A stretch of 64,000 nucleotides of DNA, from contig JAAOMT010000295.1 of assembly GCA_016748015.1 (NCBI GenBank), positions 1 to 64,000 on the forward strand, in the 5' to 3' direction. The notes beneath the pieces are model-generated. The model was not told where the DNA came from and searched no databases. It saw only the letters and a program-made list of their open reading frames with translations. Position 1 is the stretch's first letter; every line of letters starts with the position of its first letter. This document shows, piece after piece, positions 54,037 to 64,000 of this stretch. Position numbers and translations under genes: made by a program. Origin of the DNA: Geosiphon pyriformis uo1. Its lineage: Eukaryota > Fungi > Glomeromycota.

Positions 54037-55143
54037 TCTTAGTTTTTAAAACCCATACCTTATTAAAAAACTCAGACACAATTATTCCATAATAATTTTA
54101 ATTTTTAAATCACAGGAATTCAAAAATAACGTTTTGATAACGTTTTTATTTCCAGAAATTTGTCCTTTATATTTTAATTCATTAAATGAACAATTTTTGA
54201 AAAGAGAAATTTTTATAGGTTTACCAAATTCAACTCATTAACTTAAACAAATTTGCTAATAAACAGTTATAATTTTGTTATTGAAATGAGAAATAAAATA
54301 TATGTAAAAGAATTTTTTTTTACGTACACATTTTTATGGATGAAATTTAAGGATCCGAGTTTTTTTCATGTTGAAGAAAAACTTTAATTCTATTTCTTGG
54401 TAAAAATTACATAATCAATTAGTAAGATTTTCAATTGTTATAAAAATTTTTTTTTAATAGGACGTTTACCTTTTTTTTTCATTCTATTTATACTGTAAAA
54501 TTCTAATAACATAATAAAAATTTTAATTTGAATTCCACTTTCCTATTCTATCAATGGAGAAAGAAATTGATACTCGAAAATTTTAATTCAGTTTAAATTA
54601 TTTCTTATATGTTAAAATCCCAGTTTCATACTTGTAAATTAAATAATTCGTTAAAAATCGAACTTTAGAATTTTTCTCTTGATATTATCATTATTTTTTT
54701 TTCCTTTATATAATCTAGAAAATAGGAAAATATATTTAATTTAAGCATTAGCAATTCAATTATTATTAAAAAAAATCACTTTATAAATAATAATTTGACA
54801 ATTACTATTGAATACGATCAATTGCAAAAGAAATAAAAGAGTGAAATTTTGGAATGTAACAAATAAATTTTATCATTTTTTGTGTACTCGAATTAGTTTT
54901 AATACAAGGATTTTTCTTCTAATTTTAATTCGTCCACTAATTATAAAAGTAATATCACGTAAAAATTTTACCCACGTTAAATTTTTTTGATAATGAAAGC
55001 AAAAATTTAAACAAAACATGAAGCGAATAAATAAATAAATATTTTTCACATAGCTATTTTTTTTATCTTACATTAATTCATTCAAGAGTTACAAAAATCA
55101 AATTCAGATAAAAATATTATGCAAGGCCTGTTAAATCTTGACA

Positions 55144-56461
55144 TCAAACCACTACCCAATCATCATCCTCGTTTTCAGCTTGAGCAACATTCGCAGCGTA
55201 TAGATTAAGATCATACGCTTGATCCTTTAACAAACCTTTGATCATCGTAAAGTCTTTGTCTAAAATTTGGCGAGCAAATTCAACCTCAATTTCATCCCCG
55301 ATTTCCTCGATAACACTTCGGCCAGATCTCAAAGCATCTTCCATTGCATTGGCAATTTTACAGAAATTGGTTCCAAAATAGCTCCAGATATCGCGAAAAG
55401 ATCTCATAGTATCCGCTAATTCTTTGGTATCTTCCCCGATAGACATTATTTCGTATCGTGTTAGTTCGATAATACCGAGCTTTCTTTTAAGTTCCTCCCT
55501 TTTTTGACAAAGCATTTTTGTTTTCTTCCAACCATCTAAAAAATTTTCAAATCACAAGTTCTAGAAAATTAGAAAAAATCCAAAGAGAAATCCACAGAAT
55601 AAGTTTAAATTACCATTATATTTCTCTAAATCATCGTTAATTGTTTCCGAGACCTCGTCAAAAACTTCTGCCACTTTTGTTATTGATTTTCTTACTCTCA
55701 TTGTACTCTCACAAGAACCGACAAAAATTTGTGCCATTATATTCACGAAGGCGAATCCAAGTTGACCAACTGATGCTGACCATTTCATTAAACATTTATT
55801 CATATTTGCTTTTACTTTAATAAGTTCGTTTTGGACTTGATCAATTTCTTTTGAGAGCGTGGTTTTATCTTCAAGACCATAATTCACCTCATATTGAGTG
55901 AGAAACAGGTCAGCCTTGTCACCGAGAAGCTCAAATTCACTTTGAATTTTTGATGTTTCGAAATTTTTCGTTTTAATTGTCTAGGTGGGAGTGAGAAAGT
56001 GAAAAAAAATTACGAATTTACGCGAATCCTTTGGATACCCTAATTTGAAAAAATACCGGTATAGTATCTCTTAAAAATTTTAACTTTCTTTGAATTGAGA
56101 AACCATCTGCTTGGATCGTCGGCAAAATGACATCGCTAAACCGAGTTAAAAAGGCGCTTAATATCCCAGCTTGATCTTTCGAGTCACGTAAAAGATTTCG
56201 CCAATTTTGTTGAAGAGTTGGCCAATCTGTACTGTGATCGAGTTTCTTTACTCCAGGTTGGAGGAAAATTTTTTCTAGATTGAAGCGCACACAGTCAAAA
56301 CTTTGATCTATCTTTTGTGCTTTTAACGTGATTTCGTTAATTTTAGGGTTCAAATTTCTATCGGCTTCATAAGTTTCTACGATTTTCTGTTCGAAATCTT
56401 TTTTCTGGTTATTGGAGGGATCAAATTTTACAAGTTGAGATTCATTGAACGAGTTATTCAT
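55144..56461 (-). CDS. All-alpha cytosolic protein, possibly ClyA/Hbl/XaxA-like pore-forming toxin fold; 3 exons, 387 aa; C-terminal LIR/AIM
   Basis: Exons 56057-56461, 55614-55980 and 55144-55535 splice in frame (1164 nt). Long amphipathic helices flank the hydrophobic segment WSASVGQLGFAFVNIMAQIFVG; ends EDDDWVVV. Gene model solid, fold tentative. Confidence 0.7.
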
Positions 56462-58180
56462 GACTAGCTTAAATTTAAGGATTAATTTGAACACGGATAA
56501 TATGCTTCAGAGTAGATAGTTGAAAATTTAAAGCTTAGCAAAACAACAATAGCTTTTATTGAAAATCATTCACAATAATTCAAAGAAAATAAGAAAAACA
56601 AGAATTCAACCAGTTTGTGTTTACATTCTAATTCCGTCTAGAATTTTTAATTATAAGCCACTGTTTGGTTTTTAATATTGCCTAAATTCATTGTTTTTTA
56701 TTTGTAACAATTACTTGAGAAAATACTTGGGAATTTTGTTCGCATAACTAGCCAAACTAGGGAAACGATGTGTGTGTAAACCGGCTAGTGAGATCGATAT
56801 CATCTATGAAAATTATTATATACAATGATTTCCTAATTGATTTTTTGTGCATAAGAATCCCCTTGAATGCTATATCTCATAAATTAAGGTTATGCATAAG
56901 AGAAAAGCTGATTGTTGTAGAGATAAATGATTGAATTGAACCTTTATTTAGTAAACAAAAACTTTTGATTATGAAGCATTGTTGGTATCTAGTATTGTAA
57001 GCTTTTTTTAATATTATTTTTGGAGAAAAAAAAAACTTGTTTCACTTAACATTGAAGTCACGAGAATACTATCCTTTCACAACCAAAATTTATTAGAAAA
57101 ATTCAAGGTTTAAGCTTTTTTCGGCAAAAAGTTATGATAAAATTAAAAATATTCATATTATCAAATATAATTTATTTAAACCAAGTTTTCAGGATTTTAA
57201 GAAATAGGCAATAAATTTTTAAATTAAACCTTTTTATGTATACTATAAATAATCAAATATATCTGATATTCTAAAAAAAAAATTTTTATCTGATTCAAAA
57301 GCGAAAGCATTTTAATTTTTTGTTTATCTCCTGATTTGGTAAATCCAAAAAACCAAAAGTGTGAGAAAAAAAGTTGCCTAATCTTTCAAAATAATATTAA
57401 AAGATTGGTGGATTTAATAATTCCCTAAAAGTTGGCAATTCCTCGATTAGAAATTATGAGAAAAATGACTTAGACTGAAAGATTATGTAATAATCTGCAC
57501 CATAACTTCTGATGAAAATTAACAAATGATTTCTGCTCAATTAAAGGTTGCTGTTATTAGAAACATTTGATTTAAAATTGAATTTCAAAAGAGCTATTAA
57601 AACTTTTTTATAATTTTAAAGGAAATCCCAATAATCTCAAAAGGATTTCATATTAAAAATAATATTAACATAAAATAAATATTCCATGTACATTGTGACA
57701 ATCAAAAATTACTTTCTTATTTTCGAATTTTAGATTTAGAAAAAAATTCTAAAGTAAAATCATTTCTTGTTGAGTTTTTTTCAACAATATGAAATAATGA
57801 TTTATATAAAGTATAAAAATAAATGTTTTTCTAAACATTATAAGATTTGCTGGTTGAGAAATTATTAGATTTTTGAGCATGATACTAAATAATTTTTTCT
57901 GACTTTGGTAAATTTTTAACTTTTTCGAAAGAATTACCCTAAATATTGCATTCATTATATCTGAAACCTTAAAATGCTTATTCAAACTTAATTCTATTTA
58001 AATCAAACCTCAATATATATGAAAATATTATGTTTTTACTCTTCTGTTCTTGAATTCTTTTGACTTCAAAATTGTGATTTTAAAAATTGAATTATTTAAT
58101 TTGGATATTCATAGAAATTCCGACTCAAATAAATTTTTAACTTATTATTAATAAAGTAGCTATTAAAACCTAACATAAAG

Positions 58181-59585
58181 TCATTTTTTACCATTAGAAG
58201 TCTGACCCGTCTTATCAAAAGTTCCTAAATCAAATCCTTTTAAATACTCTTGATCTAATATTTTTTCAATTAAGTTCACTTTCCTTTGCAATACCTTCAA
58301 ATCATCTGTAAACATTTTTTGATGGCTATTTTCACAATCTAAAGCTATTTTTGATAAGCGATTGCAGGACTGGATACTTTTCTCTAAGTATGAACTTTCA
58401 CCAATAATGCTGGATTTCTCGCTAGTACTATCAAAGTTGCATCGAAAAGTTTCCCCAAAATTAGGTGTAGATAAAAAGGTTGAGGTACTATTTAATGTAT
58501 CACTCTGAGATTGTCGCTTAAAGAATAGAGATTCATTGAAAAAGTTTGTATTGATAATATTGGTGAATCTTGGATTTTTTCTCGTCTTCGTTTATTTGCG
58601 TTTGGTGCAGTTTTGAGAATGTATTGTTGCATAATACCCCATGATTTAAAACTTCCAGGACCGAATAATAATATCCACAATCCTGAGGCATATGTAAATA
58701 AACCACCAATACCAGTAAAAAGATCAATCCAGGTAAACTCGTTTTTTTCCATGTATTGCGTTACCTAATTTCACGAATGAAGTCATTAAAAAATTAGATG
58801 GCTATAAAAATCTGAATTTTGAAATGATCAATCTTAATTTCAAAACCTACCAAAGAATTAATCGGATAAATCCAAACCTCAATCAAAGTGAAAGGTTCTT
58901 TTATGTTTGGATCTTCTTTAAAATTGTCCGGGAAATTTTTGTACCAATGGCTATTTCCCCTCACATTTATTATTTCAGTTGGATCTAAGGTGATGGCAGT
59001 AAGATGGTTTGGCCTGATTTTAACTGATTCTCGCTCTTGATAAGTGCCATTAACTGAATCATATGTAACCCATACAAAGCCAAACTGTTCTTTCTGCCAC
59101 ATTTGCTGAAAATCATCTATTTTACTATTATACTCATTTTGATAAAATACTATTCTAACATTCTCCACTTTTTGATAATATTTCAGAGAACCATCAGGTC
59201 TAAAAGCTAAACATTTAAACTTTGGACCGATTTCTCGTAAAATCAATCTTGGTTCATTTGATGATGATCTATTATTATTTTCCAGATCAAAAAAACCAAA
59301 AATAATTTCTTCGCTTTTATCCAAAACAGTTATATTATTAAAAACGGTTATATTTTTTAAATAAGGGAATATTTTTATATTTAGACAGAGCAAGGCGTTT
59401 GGTACTGGTATACCAGTTTCCGATTTATTCTTGTTTATAGAGATTGAAACTAAGGGGTCTTGATATATGAAAACTTTGGAAAAGTTAGGAATTGTCATGG
59501 CGACGATTATTGAGAAAATACTAAGGCTAAATATGAACCGAATTTTCAGCTCAGTATTGAACTTTGGGAATGAATGACGAAACAT
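58181..59585 (-). pseudogene. Type B' two-TM protein copy with a 1-nt deletion in the cytosolic tail (truncated allele or pseudogene)
   Basis: Exon 1 58851-59585, intron 58765-58850. agcgacaatct vs agcgaacaatct in B near 58514 gives an early stop at 58492; homology continues to EYLKGFDLGTFDK and TGA at 58181. Confidence 0.8.
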
Positions 59586-60335
59586 TATTTTAAGTTTAAA
59601 TGGTGAAAGTAAAAAAGAAAATTGAGCGGATCCAATTTGATTGAGTTAGTTTTATATTCAATAGATTAAATTTATGCCTGCTTTTAGTCTTTCGAAGTTT
59701 TTTTTACTAAAAAAAAGGTTAGTGAAAATATTTCTTAATATGTTATTAAATAAGGATATTATGATAATTTTTTATATAAATTTTAAAAATAAATAAATAA
59801 ATTTTCGAGGAACAATCATTTCCACCAATGTTTTCCATTCGGTGCAACAATTGAATCTGTTATGGAAATGTTTGCCTATAAAAAATTAATATTTTTTCAA
59901 TGATAGGTAGTTTTGGATAATTAATACCAATTGTCCGTTAAAATTTTTTTCATTTTTAAAAGTTTAATACTATCTCAAAATAAAAAAAATTTTAATTATT
60001 AATTTAATCTTATCCTTGTTTTCTCAAAATCTGAAATAAATTTTTATTATTCTCAATTAGTTCATAGTAAAGTCATTGGCAAGTTTAAAACTTTAAAAAA
60101 AAACAAAGAATTCATTGGTACCTCTATTTTGGTGAAAATTTTATTCAACATTTTTACTCCTCGGTTCAAGTTTTTTCCTATCTACAAAATAAAAAAATTG
60201 AATTTCATGATATCTGCGATTACATCAATTTTAAGAAAGTTTTTATATATATAAATATGTCTTTTTTATCATTTTCAACTTTATATTCAGTGCTAAAATA
60301 TATTATATTTATCTTTGAAAAACGCTAGAAAAACT

Positions 60336-61640
60336 ATGATTTCAAAGCTTTTTAGAAAAACAGGTTCCTTTAACTTCTTAAAACGAAATCCAGAACTACG
60401 GATTCGTCTTTTAATTTGGATCACTCTTTGTGCAATCATTATTGTCGTCTCAACTCCAAACTTTATAAAACTATTTAAATACCAAAAACCATCAATATCT
60501 TTACCCGTACTTAGTGATAGATCTATCATTGGTGTTCCAATTCCAGATGTATGCATTTGCGTATTTGAAACGGCCATAGAAAAAGTGACAATAGATTATC
60601 AAATGGCGGATAATAATATAGCCTCAGATTATATTTTTATGAATGGGACAGCATCAAATTCTACAAGAGTTAAATTCAACTTTCGTGAAGAATATCCAAT
60701 CCCATGTTTATTATTTCAGCGATCAAATGACCCGAGGCTGATTTATAAACCATTAGGAATAAAATCGATTAGAATCAGATTTTGGCGTAATCTAATTCGA
60801 CAAACTCCTTTGAAAGCTCGAATAATTGGTTTCTTTTATACTACATATGTAGAGATTGACATTAATCCAGGTTTTAAAACATTCGAAATAATGGACGGTG
60901 GTCTGTATAAGTTCACATTCAATGCGATTGAGAAGATTGATGTAGAAGGAAATAGTCACTGGTACCAAAATTTTGAGAATAAAACGCCTCAGCTTAGTCC
61001 AGGAAATAATACATTACTATGTGAGATTCGTTATTCTCTAATCAATTTTTTGGTATGTTTCTATGATAGATCTTTATCCACGCCCAATTAATGATCAAAT
61101 AAAGCATTCATATTATCTTCAAAGGTCCCAAGATATACGGAAAAGAAAGCTTATAATTTAATTGACTTTATTTCGTCCCTTGGTAGTTTGTTAACCTTTA
61201 CTTCTACAATATGATTGGTTCTTTTTGGTCCTGGGAAATTTAAGTCTTGGGGCATTATCCAAAAATATCTTCTCGAAAGCTCCCCTGATGCTAAGAAAAA
61301 TCGCAAGAAAACAGAGTCTAAATATGGAGACATTTCACATAATCTTTCTTCGACTTCGGCCCTACAAAATGATACATTCGTTGATATTCCATATTTCCAA
61401 GTTAATCGATTGCCATCTCATTCTCCATTATCAGAGTTAAACAATAATTCGATGTTGGGGGTTGATATAATGAGTCATTCAAATGAGAGATGGAAAATGA
61501 CTCCGTCGTTTGCAGCTCAAATGGATGAGATTGAGGTTTTGAAAAGAAAAGTTAAATTACTTTCTCAGCTTTTGAGTAAAAAATATTTGCAAGGTTTCAA
61601 TTCAGAAACTTATAGCGCATTGAATGAGCCGACCAAATAA
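60336..61640 (+). pseudogene. Type A' two-TM protein copy with TGG>TGA nonsense codon in TM2 (61212-61214)
   Basis: Exon 1 60336-61052, intron 61053-61124. Exon 2 reads YTEKKAYNLIDFISSLGSLLTFTSTI*LVLFGPGKF, where A has TIWLVLFG. Confidence 0.82.
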
Positions 61641-62475
61641 TGGCGGCTATATTCGTAAAGCTAACAAATAAAAAAATAACCCTCTGTGAAATATGATTAT
61701 TTTTAAGTATTCACATTGGGTGAGTAACATAAAAGCTTGTAAATTGAGGTTTGGTCCTATTTGGACATATATAAATTATTTTATTCTACATTATCCTGTG
61801 AGCTAGATTTAATGCAGTTTTTTACCATTGAGTAATTCAAAGCTCAAGTTGGATTAATAGTAATTAGGTCAAAATCGAATATTCAAATAATATTAACTTA
61901 ATTTTTAGGTGAAGTTATTACAGTATACTTTTAATTACTATGATTTTATTATTCATGCATTTAAATCAAATTGAATAAGATTTACATTTTGAAGCATTTT
62001 AAATTAATCTCACGGGTTAAAAATAATGGCAGTCAATTTTTTTTTAATTAATAGAATCATTGTCTTCATCATAGCCGTTGTCGCTGTTGTCACTGTTGTA
62101 ACTATTACATATATCGTGTTTTTATATAATGAAAATTATAGGTAAGAATTCTTATTTTGTATAAACATTAATCACATATATTTGTCAAAAATGAGTATTG
62201 TCTTAATAATTTCAAGAAAAAAATAATTAAGTACTACAAAAACAACAAAAATTTTATAACATACATAAATACATATTGAAAAGATGCATTAAAGAAGAAG
62301 TTTTCAAGTACTTTTCAACTCTCTATAAGCTTATAATATTAAGAACACTATAATCATAATTTGAAATCAAATAAAACTTTACAAACTGTTTAAAACAGAA
62401 GAATCAATTTCATACTCAGTTTTTCAGCCCAAAAATTTTGATAAAATAAATTTAAACTGAAATTAGATACTTCCA

Positions 62476-62477
<2 letters not shown>

Positions 62478-62513
<36 letters not shown>

Positions 62514-64000
62514 CAAAAAATACCAACGATTAATCATCATAATCATTTCCAACTATTAACAAAACCAAATATCAACATATAACAAGTCTTTACTAAAATA
62601 AACAGGAAAGCTTCAAACAACCAAAAAATATCAAAAAATACGAAAATTATTTTATTATTAAATTAGTCAGTAAAGTTTGAAAAAATTATAATTTTATTCT
62701 TAACAACTTTTTGTAAAAATTTTACTAAGGTTAATTCATCTTTAATTTTAAATTTTTTTGCATATTCGACTTGAGTTAAATTTGTGAAATCAATAATTTA
62801 ATATTGAATTGTTTTATTTTTTTAATATTTATTTATAAAGCAAGTTAATATTATTTAATTAAATTATGTATAAATAAAACTTATTGGCACTTTAATTTTT
62901 AATTTTTTATCACTATTGTCAATTTTTTTCAAAGGCAATTCAATAAAAACAATTATTTTATTCATAAAATTAAAGCGGATTTACAATTTTATTAGCTATT
63001 ATTGTCATATAAAATTTTAAAATAAACAGATACAAAAGACTATTGAGATATTTTTTTATATTTATTAATAACTAATTATGTATCAGTATTATTGATATTT
63101 ATTTTTAACAGATTCTCAAAGCTTAGCAATTTTTTTAATTTATAAATAAAATTTATTTTTGGTTAAAAAATTTGTAACCATGGTTTTTTACAAATTGTAA
63201 CAAACTAGTATTATTACATATTCGATATAAATTATGTGAGAGATAACAAATTAAATATTATTTTGCCAAACTTTTTTGATGCACATAGGTAATATGTTTA
63301 TTATTCTTTTGTAACGAATTGTTTTTTAACACTGAAATCTTTTGTTTATAACCGAGTTATCAATTTTATAATGTATTACCATAAATTTTAAATATTTTAT
63401 TTGAAATTTATTATTGTAAGCTAAAGTAACAAGTTAACAAATAGCAGAAGTTAAAAATTTTCAGAGCAATATGAATTTAATAAGAAAAATATAATAAGTG
63501 AGCAAATTAATATATATAAAATGCTTTTTTAAGGCTTTGAAAAATCTTGTTTATGTACTTAAAAAAAATGATCAACAAACAAAACAACAGTTAAATCAAT
63601 AACTGAATCAATAATTAAGCCAATAATAAATTTTAAAGAAAAAAATAAAATAATTAAATAAATACAAATGTCAAATACAATATAATTTTAATTTTAAATA
63701 GCTTTTGTTTAGCTACAATTACTTGAAAATTTTTGCTACTAAAAAACATGTATAGCTTATTTAAAATATTTTTATTGACATAAACTGCATTTTGTACAAC
63801 TAAATTGATTGTTTGCAACAACATAAATTTCACATTTGTACTATTTATGTATGTATTAACTCTTTTTTAATTGAAAAATATTAATAAACAATATTTTGTT
63901 GTTTTGAACGGCTAAATTCATTGTTTACAAAATGTTAAAACTTGCATGATTTGTGTTGATAGACTACATTTGGTCCATATTTTTATTTTTTTGCTTTTTT
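62478..64000. repeat. (AAT)n microsatellite followed by AT-rich, probably degenerate repeat DNA
   Basis: Microsatellite 62478-62512; G/C-depleted texture like 24-31 kb; no ORFs. Confidence 0.4.

Noticed and set aside
48124-61214. TGA-as-Trp genetic code (TGA at Trp positions in the HMG gene, A' and the LINE)
   Set aside because: TGA is the true stop of genes ending at 14068, 19035, 19998 and 55144; paralogs use TGG; the LINE also shows TAG/TAA lesions

Overview
Very AT-rich eukaryotic DNA with short GT-AG introns, microsatellites and one assembly gap (6553-6603). The gene content (MATA-type HMG box, an HxDLHxGN-type kinase relic, RNase H-bearing LINEs) points to a Glomeromycotina-like (arbuscular mycorrhizal / Geosiphon-type) fungus; this is inference. 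1-9 kb has no credible genes. 9.5-21 kb holds a secreted LPMO-fold protein lacking its copper His-brace, a coiled-coil gene, an Asp/Tyr-rich Kex2-processed secreted precursor, and a 4-exon GPI-anchored S/T/G-rich protein that the ORF track misses. 24-45 kb is a transposon graveyard. It contains a full-length 6.9-kb LINE (12-bp TSD, no frameshifts but many stops) apparently nested in an older, almost erased LINE, plus a kinase pseudogene. 47.8-48.4 kb is an HMG-box gene broken by a single TGG>TGA. The best candidate for a novel system is 50.5-61.6 kb. Two head-to-head pairs of paralogous two-TM proteins with DEG/ENaC/PAC-like motifs form an inverted duplication (<-A B-> ... <-B' A'->) around a cytosolic helical protein resembling ClyA/Hbl pore-forming toxins, which ends in an Atg8-interacting motif. 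The ectodomains are strongly diverged, while TM2, the tails and the B/B' intron are about 90% identical. Family assignments come from motif recognition by eye, not database searches.
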